64,000 bases of DNA, from assembly GCA_035084275.1 (NCBI GenBank), contig CM068762.1, positions 4,960,001 to 5,024,000 on the forward strand, given 5' to 3'. The translations under genes and the position numbers were made by a program. A model generated the notes under the pieces. That model saw nothing but the letters and a program-made list of their open reading frames with translations. It was not told the DNA's origin and searched no databases. Shown here one piece after another: positions 34,385 to 46,310 of this stretch. Each line of letters begins with the position of its first letter. Positions within the stretch are counted from its first letter, which is position 1. The DNA comes from Hydrolagus colliei (Eukaryota).

Positions 34385-34860
34385 ATTGTTGTTGACCCCC
34401 ATCTCCCCCATCCTCGCCCGACTCCATTGGCTCCCCATCACCCAGAGGATCCAATCCAAGATCCTCGTCCTCACATTCAAAGCCCCCTACAACCTCACCC
34501 CACCCTACATCCGTGACCTTCCAAACCCTTACCAACCTGCCCTGCCCCTCCGCTCAGCAGGCTCTGGCCTGCTCCACATCCCCCGACCCATCCCCCCACC
34601 ATTGGTGGGTGAGCTTTTAGCCACTCTGCCCCCATTCCTATGGAACTCAATCCCGCAGTCCCTCTGCCTCGCCCCTCCCTAACCTCCTTCAAGTCCCGCC
34701 TCAAAACTCTCCTCTTCGATGGTGCCATCAGCAAATCCTAATCCCCCCATTGCCTCCCCACCCCCGTCCCCAGCTCGGATCTGACACAGTGACTGTCCAG
34801 CGCCTTGGGATGTCCTCCTGATGTGAAAGGCGCTATACAGGTATAATTTTGTTGTTGTTA
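34385..34860 (+). mobile_element. L2 3' end
   Basis: ISPILARLHWLPITQRIQSKILVLTFKA..LWNSIPQSL plus tail. Confidence 0.85.
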
Positions 34861-35774
34861 GAGATTAGCTTGGAATTGGCTTGAAATACCACCTGAGCCG
34901 TAAGTGACAGGACAGGCACCCAACTTTAGTGTTTCTGGTCAGCCGAGTGTCTGACATACGTCCGAAACCCATCACCATGATTAACAATCTCCAAACCAAA
35001 CTGAGAATTCAATGTATCCCATCTATGGAAAATCCCGGAGAGGGATTGTTGGAATGGAGTGCGCTCTCTCCCTGGCGGGACACACCCTGCTTACCTAATT
35101 CCGGGAAGTATTAGATGCATTTGGTAAGACCCAAAGCTTGTGGACCCTAGAGTGTGCTTTGGAGACTGACCAGCTAAAACCGTGTGCCATTGATCTCACT
35201 GTCTGGCAAGCTTTCCCAATGCTTGTCCAGCTGGGACCACCTAGCTTTGAGCTTTGGCTGCAACAACAACAGCAACAACAAGAAAATTACATTTATAGAG
35301 TGCCTTTTCACGTCGGGAGGGTGTCCCAAGGCACTCAACAGGTTAACAGGAGCTGAGTGGGAGAATTACCCGACCCCCCCCCAGTGACTGGTCTGCCCTT
35401 CCAGGTCCTGCCAATGAAACAGGTGGCCTGTGCTGCCTGTAATGTGAGGTGGAGGAGAGTGGGGGAAGCTAGGTTGTTCTGGGTGTGGGTGGGTGGTGGG
35501 AGTAAATTGTCCTGCCTCTCCCCAGGTGTGCTATGTGCCTGAGGTTTATGTAACAGGAAGCTACTCTCTCCTAAGGCTCTTGACATCATTTTTTCCAGTC
35601 ACTGCTCTCTCCCCAGGGCCTCACAGGGAAGTGTTGACTCTCAACTGTGACTTACAACTTTTTCATTTCTGCCTCTGGGTATGTAAGGCTCTCAGACACT
35701 ACCCTATGGGTGACTTTGTAAATGCAGGTTGTTGTTGTTATTGACAAGAATTTAACATTATAAAAACCTAATAA

Positions 35775-35985
35775 TAAGCTGATATAGCGTTTTTCACATC
35801 TTCTAGACGTCTCAAAGTGCTTCATATAATATACAGTACTGTAAAGTGAATCGACTGTATATTTGTGGGTGAAATGCAGCAGCCAATTGTGCACAGCAGT
35901 GTCCCACAAACAGTCATGGATTGAAATGACCAATTTTTTTTAGGGATTATTATGCAGTAAGGAAATTTGCCCAAGGTTTCACCCA
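35775..35985 (-). mobile_element. Deu SINE
   Basis: Body and tail. Confidence 0.8.
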
Positions 35986-36269
35986 TTAATTGAGGAAGGG
36001 CTATACCTGGTTCACCCTGTATCTGATACAAACAGAAGTCACTGGGAACGCCTATCGGATCAGGCAGATAGGGAGGAAAGTGAGTCAAAGTTTCAGGTCA
36101 ATGACCCAGGCCCAGAGTTTGGTTTTCTGGGTCATCTGGTGGGATTCCTCTCCAAAGCCTCAATCTAGTCACACTGGGCATCGTCAACAATTGTCTCAGT
36201 AGGTGTCTCTCTCTGGCCTCTGACACAGAAGGTTGTGGGTTCAGGCCCCATTTTGGGTTATGACTAGGA

Positions 36270-36560
36270 GGTCACAGTCTTAAGATTAGGGGTCAGCCTT
36301 TACCCACTGAGTTGAGGAAAAGCTTCTTCACTCAGAGGGTAGTGAATTTATGGAATTCTCTACCCCAAAAGGCTGTAGATGTTCAGTCCTTGAACATATT
36401 CAAGACTGAAGCTGACAGATTTCTTATGGACAAAGGGATTAAGAGATATGGGGATAAGGCGTGTAGGTGGAGTAAGATTAAAAGATCAGCCATGACCTTA
36501 TTGAATGGCGGGGCAGGCTCGAGGGGCTGAACGGCCTGCTCCCAATTCTTATGTTCTTAT
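36270..36560 (+). mobile_element. CR1 3' end
   Basis: RKSFFTQRVVNLWNSLPQKAVDVQSLNIFKTEADRFL. Confidence 0.85.
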
Positions 36561-36794
36561 GAGCTCACAGGCCAGGCTAACACTGAGACACCACGAGATA
36601 CCGGGTCACCATTCTCAAAAACAGAACAGAGTTTCTCTCGCCCCGGTGACCGATTCCAACAATCCCGAAGTGTCAGGTGGGATACAAAAGTATAGTGTAC
36701 TGTAAACTGTTATATTCGCCACGTCCAGCTCTATCTCTCCAGCATTACACCTGGCCCGATGTTGATATTGAATGAAAGGTTTGCAATGTCCATT

Positions 36795-36927
36795 NNNNNN
36801 NNNNNNNNNNNNNNNNNNNNNNNNNNNNNNNNNNNNNNNNNNNNNNNNNNNNNNNNNNNNNNNNNNNNNNNNNNNNNNNNNNNNNNNNNNNNNNNNNNNN
36901 NNNNNNNNNNNNNNNNNNNNNNNNNNN
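36795..36927. other. Assembly gap (N run)
   Basis: 133 N. Confidence 1.
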
Positions 36928-36952
36928 ACCCAAAGATGAAGGAACTGTGACA

Positions 36953-37165
36953 TGGAATCCTGTAGCTCAGTGGTTAGTACACCTGGCCTCGCAAGCGAGA
37001 GACCTGGGTTCGATTCCCAGCAGGGGCAAAACCTTGGGCAAATTTCCTTACTCCACACGCCAGTTAATAATCCCTCAAGAAAAAAAAACAATAATAAAAT
37101 TGGTCACGTCAATCCACAACTGTTTGTGGGACACTGCTATGCGCAATTGGCTACCGTGTTTCGCC
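36953..37165 (+). mobile_element. Deu SINE 5' part
   Basis: Good A-box and B-box (ctgggttcgattcccag). Confidence 0.8.
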
Positions 37166-38215
37166 CCAAATATCAATCAGTCAATCAAAACTTACATATA
37201 TATAGCGCCTTTCACGTCGAGAGGACGTCCCAAGGCGCTGTACAGTCAGGTAGGGACAAGAGCAGGGGGGGAGGGGGAGGGGCAGGATGAAGGAGAGTAG
37301 GAGAATTGATATATATTTGTGGGCGAAACGCAGCAGCCAAATTGCGCACAGTATATACAACAACAACAACAAAATTACACTTGTATAGCGCCTTTCATAT
37401 CAGGAGAACGTCCCAAGGCGCTGAAAAATACAGCCTATCCACTTCGCACTATATTCTCTGAAGCGCTTTGAGACATCTAGAAACGTGATAAGTGCTATAT
37501 TAAATGCCAGGATTATTATTATAGATTCTGTGTAAGAATGACCTGCACAAACACGATCAATCACAAGGGGGCAACAGCACAACCATTGGATTGGGAAAAG
37601 TGACTTGGTCAACGAGCTGCTCACCAGAGACATTATCTGTTCTGTAACAGCACAGCGTCTCAGGGCTTCACAGGGAATTGCTACCGGGTGTATTGGCTGT
37701 GGATTTTGTAGGTAAAAAATGCAGTCAAATTCATAAAAAAAAAAGTAATGACTTTTTAAACAGCCCATTTAACAGTGAAAGGGTGTTTCAAAGCGCTTCA
37801 TGGGATGAACTGCATTGTATATACACAGCACACACCTGTACCAGGTAACAGGAGTATGATATACTGACGCAGAGTGACTGTGTGGTTCTACATGACACTC
37901 TGGCGTCAATTTTCATCAAATCATGTCTCAACAACAGCCATGAAGTGAGCGACCGATTTTTATTTGTTGCTTATTTTTAGTGGAATCGATTCGGTCGTTA
38001 GCCGATTGTCGGATCACGTTTCTGGTGGGGGTAATAATCCCTCCAAATCCAAAACAATTGTAAAAAATTGGGTTACTCAGTCCACAGCTATTTGTGGGTC
38101 ACTGCTGTGCATAATTGGCTGACTTTAAGCTCCAGGCTCACTGACATTTTCACAATCAAAACAAGCGTCAGAGACTGTGGGTGATTCTAAAATGAACATT
38201 AATCTTGTTATTGTA

Positions 38216-38312
38216 GGAAAATCCCGCCCAGCCTCCAAGGACTATAAGATTGCATAAAATGACTGATTTTAACTGTGCATGTTCCTTTGTCGTTGTCTTT
38301 AGTACAGATAAA
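38216..38312. promoter_or_regulatory. Candidate inflammatory enhancer upstream of ELF3
   Basis: NF-kB GGAAAATCCC 38216-38225, C/EBP ATTGCATAA 38249-38257, AP-1-like TGACTGA 38260-38266, GATA AGATAA 38307-38312. Confidence 0.45.
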
Positions 38313-38351
38313 AGTGTCAGCAGCACCACTCATCTCTGCGCCAGAATGTAG

Positions 38352-38683
38352 TGTAGCTCCTGTAGCTCGGTTGTTGAAGTACTCGCCTTACAAATGTGAG
38401 GCCGGTGTTTCGAATCCTGGCAGCTCAGGGCGAAACCTTGGGCAAGTTTCCTTACTCCACACACCTAATAATAATCCGTCCAAGAAAAACAACCCACTGT
38501 ATAATGAATTGATCATCACAATCCACGACTGTTTGTGAGACACTGCTGTGCGCAATTGGCTGCCGCGTTTCGCCCACAAATAGACAGTCAATTCACTTTA
38601 CAGTATACGCTGTGAAACGCTTTGAGACGTCTAGAAGACGTGAAAAATGCAACATCAAATGGAAGGATTCTTATTGTTATTAT
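38352..38683 (+). mobile_element. Full-length Deu SINE
   Basis: Head, body and tail. Confidence 0.88.
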
Positions 38684-39854
38684 GGGTTCAAGCCTCACAT
38701 CGGAAATTTGAACTCGCAGTCTAAACTGACGTTCCTGTACAGTCTTGGGATGTTCTTCATTGTCAGAGGTGCTGTCCTTCAAACGAGACGTTAGTTAAAC
38801 CAAGGGCCTGACTGCCTATTCAAGTGGAACTTAAAGATTCTCTGGTATTGTACTATTCAATTCAATGAAATACTGTGAGGGGGGTCCCCCCCGACTAACA
38901 AATGTTTTACCCACAAAATACAGTCAATTCACTTTACAGTATATTCTGTGAAGCGCTTTGAGACGTCTCGAAGACGTGATAAGGCTTTATATCAAATAGT
39001 ATTATTCTTATCACAGCAATTAGCGGTGAGCGCTTTGAGATGTTGAATGTGGCGACGGGTCGTATAATAATAATCTGTGAGGACTTGCGCTGCTCACCCT
39101 GTAGGCAGCAGTAGAGAATCATCACCTGTTACCTGGTACAGGTGTGTGACAACAGGTGCTGAGCGATGGCAGGGATAGGCCACCGTTACAGTGGGGAGTG
39201 AGCAGGTCACTCCAACCCCTAGCCCTAACTCCCAGTCACCCTACTCCAACCTGCCTCATGAATCACACAATTCCCTCACCCCTCCTCCCCACTACACACA
39301 CACAGCACCAGAAGCTGTTCCATTTGACAGAAAGTTTAAACATTGCCTTTATTTATTTCCATTGTACTGAAACGCGTCAATTTCCACTGTGAAGCAGACT
39401 CCATAACATTTCACCCATTAAAAAACAGGTGTAAGGTGCTTGTGTGTGTGTATGTGAGGGGGGTGTGGATATTTGGGTGAGGTTCAGGGTGTGTGTTGTG
39501 TGTGTATGTATGTGTGTGTGGGGGGGGAAGGTCTGTGTGGAGGTGTATTGTGTATGTTTGGGTGTATGTATGTGGGGAGAGGGAGGGGATATATGTTTGT
39601 GTTGGGGTGAGAATGTGTGTGTGGGAAGAGGAAGGGTATGTATGTGTATATGGGAGAGGGAGGTGGGTGGTTAGGGTGTATATGTATGTGTGTGTGTGTG
39701 AGGGGGAGTGGGAGGATGTGTGTTGGGGGGGGTGAGAGGGTGTGTGTGTGTGTTGAGGTTGTGTGTGTATGTGGGGAGAGGGAGGTGGGAGCAGTGAAGG
39801 TGTGTACATGCGTGTATGTGGGCAGGGGGGTTAATGTCCCTGAGCTCCACTGGC

Positions 39855-39990
39855 CTCAGGAAGACTTTCCTTTATGTAAATGCTGTGCTGTTTGTGGGAG
39901 GAGGTGAATAGTATCCCTCATTGGGAATTCCCCTCCAGGTGGCGTCTCCACTTTATCTTCACCTCGTGATCACTCAGCTATATATGCCCA
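39855..39990 (+). promoter_or_regulatory. ELF3 proximal promoter
   Basis: ETS CAGGAAG near 39857, C/EBP/bZIP TTATGTAA near 39872, NF-kB GGGAATTCCC 39923-39932, CTCF/E-box CCCTCCAGGTGGCG 39931-39944, TATA-like TATATAT near 39979. Confidence 0.55.
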
Positions 39991-40009
39991 TATCCCAACC
40001 CCGCACTCA

Positions 40010-40301
40010 CACTGTCAGCCTGAGCACAGACAGAGAAACACAGAGACAAGCAGAGAAACACACAATAGGCAGAGTCTGAGCACAGACGCACACACAGAGA
40101 GAGACCTACAGCACAGTTAGAGCCAGAGGAACACAGGCTGAGACTAGCCGGTGCGGTGTGGGATCCTAGTGTGGAGCAGGTGTGTGGATGTGAGGTGTTA
40201 CCTGGAGTTTGGAGAATACCTACACTGAGGTGTGTGTGTGTGCTGTCACTCCGCCAGATCAAGCCAGATCGACTTCAGAGCGAAACAACACACTAAAGAC
40301 G
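40010..40301 (+). other. ELF3: ELF3 putative noncoding exon 1 (5' boundary estimated from the TATA)
   Basis: Donor ACG|GTATGT at 40301/40302; 187-nt intron to acceptor tatcag| at 40488. Confidence 0.5.
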
Positions 40302-40512
40302 GTATGTTAACTTTGGTTGTAATTGTTTTGGAGTAAAACAAAGCCAACTGACATGAACTATTCTTCAACAAACCAGGTGTAGTTTTCAATTGGAATGTGT
40401 CGGCTGTTTAAAGTGCGTTTTGTTTTATTTTGACTGTGATTTTTTTTTTCGATCGACGATTACATCTGTTTGTTTCACCTAATATCAGACTTTCTGCATC
40501 TCCGACGGCTCG

Positions 40513-40651
40513 ATGGCTTCCATGTATGGGATTGGCAGCATCCTGACTGATGTGATGCGCTCAGTCTATCAAACCGAGGAGAGCCAGTCTGGGTGTCCCG
40601 GCAGCCGAGAGCATTGCGGCAACTTAGCCCTGCTTCCTACAGACACACTGG
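40513..40651 (+). CDS. ELF3: ELF3 coding exon (start; MASMYGIGSILTDVMRSVYQTEES...)
   Basis: ATG 24 nt after the acceptor; aligns loosely with human MAATCEISNIFSNYFSAMYSSED; donor G|GTAAGA, phase 1. Confidence 0.75.
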
Positions 40652-40965
40652 GTAAGAGAGTCACACACACCTATACACACACACAGGGTGAGAGAACACA
40701 CACACCTGTACACACATACACACTGGGTAAGAGACACACATACACACACGCGGCTAAGAGAATCAGACACAGATACACTGGGTAGGAGATTTACACACAC
40801 CTATACAACACACACTCTGCGGAAGACACACACACACATACCCTGGGAAATAAAATCACACACAGACACACTCATAAGAGAGTCACATATACTGGGTAAG
40901 AGAGTCACACACACACTGGGTAAGAGTCACTCACTCACACACACTGAGTAAGAGAGTCACAGACA
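40640..40965 (+). repeat. Degenerate tandem repeat built from the exon-2 donor (acacactgggtaagagagtcacacac)
   Basis: At least 6 copies of (C/A)TGG|GTA(A/G)GA-like sites. Confidence 0.8.
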
Positions 40966-41099
40966 TACAGTACTTCAATTTGGTGAGACACCTTTCGTAT
41001 CAGGCGCGCGTCTCAAAGTGCTTTGTAGGATTTAGTGAAAACTGAAGTGACCAATTTTCTGCAAGGGACTGTCAGCCAGGGCAAGAGCTACACAAGGAG

Positions 41100-41134
<35 letters not shown>

Positions 41135-42079
41135 GGAGGCACACACCACACATTGAATAAGAACGCTCACTTTTGTGAGAGAGAAAGAGAATCGAACACA
41201 TGTGTATGTAACACGCTCTGAGACGCCGTCCGGCGTGGAGGGCGCTATATAAATTGAAGTTGTTGTTGTATCGGGGAGGCAGGAGTGACAGCGTTAGAGT
41301 GGAGTAACGCTAGAGTGGTAAAAAGTTAACAACAAGCGAAGCTGAGTGCAAGTATTATGTCATAGAAAATGGAAGTGATTTGGAAAGCACCTGCCTTGCA
41401 AAAGTCCGTGCGTTTACGTTGTAAATGAATCAGGTAGATTGTGAGGTTGTAAAACCTGGAGGAGATTATTCGGTGCACATGAAAGGCATGCAAATTCAAG
41501 CATAATCTTGCCGTTATTATATATTGTGTAATGTTACTGGCTCCTGGCAAACGCTTGCGATGGAGATAATAACGATGAGAACATAAGAAATGCGAGACAA
41601 AAAACGGACCAAGGTCCATCTAATTCGCCTTTGCACCTTCCTGGCGGTCACTTCCACATATGTCCCCAAATTATATTACAAATAATAATAATCCTCACAT
41701 TTGATATAGCACTTTATCATATCTTTGAGATGTCTCAAAAGGCTTCAACGGAATATATTGTAAAGTGAATTAATTGACTGTATATTTTGTGGGCGTCTTG
41801 AGTAAGGCACAGTGCTCCCACAGCACCCTGAATGTGTGGTCAGCTTAAACTCAGTTCAAGTCACAATTCTAAAGGTATCTTTAAGATGCCGTGGTCGGGT
41901 CAGGTTGAGGTTGGTGGGTTGGTTGGTAGCATCTGGACCTGTGTTTGTTTGAGGCGAGACATTGTTGGGAACATTGCCAACGAGGTGGTTTAGCTGAAGT
42001 GAAGCTGCACAGGCTGGACTACCGGTATAAAGGACAATGCTAATGGTCCCTCCTCCCTCTCCCCCTCCCCGCTGTGTAG

Positions 42080-42310
42080 GTGCCTCCTCCTGGCTTCAGC
42101 TGGACCCACGGCTGTGGAGCAGGCTGCACGTGCTGGAGTGGCTGGCTTACCACGTGGAAAAGCACAAGTACGATGCCAATAACATTGACTTGAGCCTGTG
42201 TGAGATGGACGGAACCACGCTGTGGGGGCTGTCGGGCGACCAGCTGGTGGTGATCTTTGGGCCATTGGGAGAGGAGCTGTACCGCAGCCTGCACAACCTC
42301 AACAGAATGG
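42080..42310 (+). CDS. ELF3: ELF3 PNT/SAM domain exon
   Basis: WSRLHVLEWLAYHVEKHKYDANNIDLSLCEMDGTTL..IFGPLGEELY matches the ELF3 PNT; gtag|GT acceptor, G|gtgagt donor; 231 nt. Confidence 0.92.
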
Positions 42311-42409
42311 GTGAGTGAAGCCCTCTCACCCAGTGTGTATGTAGCTCTTGCCCTGGCTGACAGTCTTTCGGGATCCAAAGAGCGATCACGCGCAGTTTCC
42401 TCTCTGCAG

Positions 42410-42540
42410 CCACTGTGTCTCTATAGCCACCGTGTCTCCATAGCCACCGTGTCTCCATAGCCACTGTGTCTCCATAGCCACTCCGTTTCCAAGGCCACTG
42501 TGTTCCTATAGCCACTCTTGTCTGTTTCCAAGGCCACTGC
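42410..42540. repeat. 17-bp tandem repeat (ccaccgtgtctccatag) in an ELF3 intron
   Basis: About 6 units. Confidence 0.85.
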
Positions 42541-43090
42541 AGTGGGACCTGACTGTAGAAATAACTTGATTGAAACGGGAGCCAATGTCATGGCCTGCAA
42601 GTCTGTGTTTATCTTCAGGTTCAAGACTGAGTGCAAGTGCAGAAGGGCGAGGAATTCTTCAATCCATTCTCAATTCAGAAGCTGTTTGTTTTTCTCCGCT
42701 TGTTCTTAAAGAGAAAACAGTCTTCAAAGTCAAGGCTGGGTTTAAGAGTTTTCCTTGATTCTATGTGATCTTTAAGGTGTAAAACCGCTCCGTCTCGGAG
42801 GCTAAAACAATGACTTGGAAACAAAAATAGAAGTCGCTGGGTTCTGAAACATCAGAACCCAGTTTGTCAGAACTTAATTCGTTTGATGGTAAATGGTGTT
42901 TGAAAGGAAAGGTGAATGAAATCCTGCAGATTTTACTCTGATATTTAATGCCCCAAATTGCAAAACACTGTTTATTCTTGCATTCCCACTGCTCTGAGGG
43001 AGGGTTCAGTGGGGAGGATTATAGAGAACCAGGGACCCTCTGACTGATGTTGAGGAAGGGACGGGCTAACTCTGCTTCTGTTGGTTTCAG

Positions 43091-43186
43091 GTCTGGATTT
43101 GACGATGGGCGAAGATTTCAATGACATCTTCCTGCAGGGTATCCTGGGAGAAGAGAGTGATGAGAAGTTGCTGGATACTGTGATTA
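43091..43186 (+). CDS. ELF3: ELF3 acidic transactivation exon (LDLTMGEDFNDIFLQGILGEESDEKLLDTVI)
   Basis: ttcag|GT .. A|gtgagt; 96 nt, keeps phase 1. Confidence 0.78.
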
Positions 43187-44050
43187 GTGAGTGTCTGACC
43201 TTTCACCTCTGAGTGCCTGTGTGTATCACTTATTTATTGATCACTTTCTGTACATTAGTGTAATGGCAGTCTCTACCGAGCGCTGAAATTATTCCAGAAC
43301 AAAACGTCTGCTCTGGGACGCCACAGACAGACAACAGTAGTGCCTTAACAAAGAACATCACATCCATAATTTATTTAGAATAATCTTCGAACACTTAAAC
43401 CGACAATGATTTTTGGGGATTGAAACATTTTCGTGTGATCTCAGCAATCTCGGCCCAGAATGACATCTAAAGTGACATTCAAATGATTATAAGACAGAGC
43501 GACATGTTTAAAGAGGGAGACAGCCGGACTGAGGCCTGAAATTCCACCTAGTTTTAGCCTGAGAGCTCATCTTGGCATCATGTTGAGTTGCGGAAAAAAC
43601 ATTTCAATTTGTCTTTTTTGAATTTCAGGAAAAAAACAGTTTTCAAATTAAGAATGGATTGTCTACTTACCATTCTGTGGCATCTTAACGTTTAAGAACA
43701 CAATGGTCTCGCAGGCTGAGGCTAGGTGGAATTTAAGGCCTGGAGGACTGTGTGTGGGGTGGTGGGGGGATGAGGGGGAGGGACAAAGGAATACCTAAAC
43801 TCACCTTCAGTGCAGGAGATCAAGCCAACCCTGGGATCAGATCCTCTTATTTGTGCCCTTCATGCCTCGTGTTCCCCCAAATATAGGGTTGAGTTGAGAT
43901 TGTTTTTGATTCCGTATTCAGGTGGTGTCTGTGCTTAACTATCACACACTGTCTGACTGACTAACAACTTTGTGTAAACCTAAAACTACACTTAGCATCT
44001 CTCTAAAGAGGGTTTGCCTCTAACTGACGACCCATTTGCTTTGCTTTTAG

Positions 44051-44176
44051 CCTGGGATGAATTGGTCAATGAGGAGCCCACTGTGGACTGGAAGGCGTTA
44101 TCTGATTTCCAGTTGAGTGACCCTGGTTATGAATCGGCGCCCACCTCCCCAGATAGTATTGATGGCTCCAATACAG
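44051..44176 (+). CDS. ELF3: ELF3 coding exon (WDELVNEEPT..DPGYESAPTSPDSIDGSNT)
   Basis: ttttag|CC .. G|gtacgc; 126 nt, phase 1. Confidence 0.78.
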
Positions 44177-44384
44177 GTACGCTACAACAAACAACAACTT
44201 GTATTTACATAGCGTCCCTTCACACAGTAGCACTAACGTTAGCCTTCACATCAAACCCGTTTAATGGGGTTGCCCATAGCCGAACACAAAGCTCCAGGTG
44301 ACACAAACTCAGCCTCTTTACATGGCTATGAGCAGCCATAGACTTCATTCGACTATGAGTGTCAACAACACAGTGAACTTTGCT

Positions 44385-44945
44385 TGAGAATACATTAGAT
44401 AGAATTTAGTGGCGTTATGATCAGAACACTGTAGGGAAGGATATACTGCATTGGCTCTAGCGGGTGCAGCTTAGATTCGCTAGAATGATACCAGGGCTTA
44501 AAGGGTTAAATTATGAAGACAGCCAACATGAACTTGGTCTCTTTTCCCTTGAATTTAGAAAGTTGAGGGGTGATCTGATTCAGGTATTTAATACTGTAGA
44601 GCAAAGGGATTCAATATTGTAGATACAGAGAAACAATTTCCTCTGGTGTAGAATCCAGAACAAGGGGCATAGTCGTAAAATTAGGGCTAAGCAATTTAGC
44701 AGTGAAATCATGAGGCAGTTTTTCACCCCAAGGGTAGTGAATATCTGGAACACTCTCCCCCAAAGGCTTTGGATGCTGGATCCATTCACATTTCTGAGAC
44801 TGAATTGGATAGATATTGTTATGTCAGGGTATTGAGGGATACGGGACAAGGGACGCACTTGAAGTGCAGATCTACCCTGTTTTTTATAGAATGGTGGAAC
44901 AGGCTCAAGGGGCTGAATGGCCTACTCCTGTTTCTAACTAATCTA
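44385..44945 (+). mobile_element. CR1 3' fragment
   Basis: LERVQLRFARMIPGLKG..FTPRVVNIWNTLPQR remnants and the terminal motif. Confidence 0.8.
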
Positions 44946-45153
44946 GGAGGAACATTAGTCTATGTGGCTGCTGTAATCTGATAATAGTTAAATTCCCCCA
45001 TCAATAATTTGGCAACTTTAGTTCCGGTAGGAACAAGGTCAGCCACTCGATCACTCGCGTCCGGGGTGTGAGTCCTAGAAGTTTAAATGGGCCAAAAGGC
45101 CTTCTTCACCCAAACCTCTTGTGACGAGGCTGTGACATTGCTTTGTTTTGCAG

Positions 45154-45246
45154 GTTCTCTGGTCTCCCAGGCTCCTAACTCTCCAGACTCCGGTGGAAGT
45201 GAATCAGACACTGAAACAATAAGTGCCCAATACACATCTCCAAATG
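45154..45246 (+). CDS. ELF3: ELF3 SAR exon (SLVSQAPNSPDSGGSESDTETISAQYTSPN)
   Basis: tgcag|GT .. G|gtaaat; 93 nt; DSGGS motif as in human SSDSGGSD. Confidence 0.85.
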
Positions 45247-46193
45247 GTAAATATCTCTGGTTTTATTGGGGGGATAGAGAAAGTGGTGGATGTGTTGGAG
45301 CATGTGGTCAGGGAATAGAGAGAGTGGGAGAGGGGTGGGGGGAGGAGAGGGGAAAGGCGGAGAAGGTGTGCGTTGTCAGTGGTGTTGTGCTTTGGAGGGG
45401 ACAGTAAACTGAGGTGCCAGTTCAGGAGTGTGTTAAAGATTCCATGACACTTTTGGAATAGCAAACAGTTTCCCCTGGTGTCGTGGCCAACATTAATCCC
45501 CCAGATTAAAAAAAACTCGACGTGGCTGTTTGTGGGCATTGCTGTGTGCAAATTGACCACTAAGCCTGCAAACAAACAGTTTACAGAAGCAGTTGGTGAC
45601 GTTTGGAGGCCATCTATCAAAAGCGAGGATCAATATTGTAACAGCAAGGGGCTGGAGTGCTTGCACTGTGGTATTGGGGAAGGTAGTGGGGGCCAGATTT
45701 TGGTTGTGTTCATGATTCTGACAGCTGTTGCTCAACCTTCGTGTAAAGAGATACTTCCTGGTTTCCATCCTAAAACTGCCTCTCAGTGCCCTCTCCTCCT
45801 AGTGCATGTGACGGTGTGTGTTCAGGATGATAGCAAGTTGCTGCAATGAATACTTTGACTTCATTCTCACCTGCAAGACCCACCGTCTATACTTAAGTGT
45901 GTCATATACAATGAGACAGTGATACAGAAACACTTTTGTTCCCCCTGGGTGTTACTACAGTATCAATTATCTTATCTAATCAGTCTGAACCTTGAAGTGT
46001 AGTGTTGGAGTACAGTGCTGTTGTTTGCCAGCCTGGCTCTAGTCAATAACTGAATCATTGTTTCAGAAGCTCTCCGCCCTATCTGAGTGCCTTGTTGTCT
46101 CACTGAACGAAGTGGTTAAATCCCCACCAGACTGACTGAGCTAGCACGCACTCTGTCCAGAGCCTAATGTGATTTTTGTTTTAATGACCACAG

Positions 46194-46310
46194 AAGAATT
46201 TCGGAAGGTTTCGCCGAGTAACTGCAAACCGCTGAAGCGAGGCCGAGGGAGACCTCGCAAAGTGACCTGTGAGGAGAGGAGCTGCGGGGAAGGCAGGAAG
46301 AGCAAACACT
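46194..46310 (+). CDS. ELF3: ELF3 AT-hook exon (EFRKVSPSNCKPLKRGRGRPRKVTCEERSCGEGRKSKH)
   Basis: cacag|AA .. T|gtaagt; 117 nt; RGRPRK AT-hook and GRKSKH as in human KRGRPRK..GKKSKH. Confidence 0.88.

Noticed and set aside
36953-37030. tRNA-like sequences (also 14048, 38352, 49515, 62472, 63460)
   Set aside because: They are SINE heads: acceptor stem incomplete, variable anticodon, and each runs directly into the SINE body.
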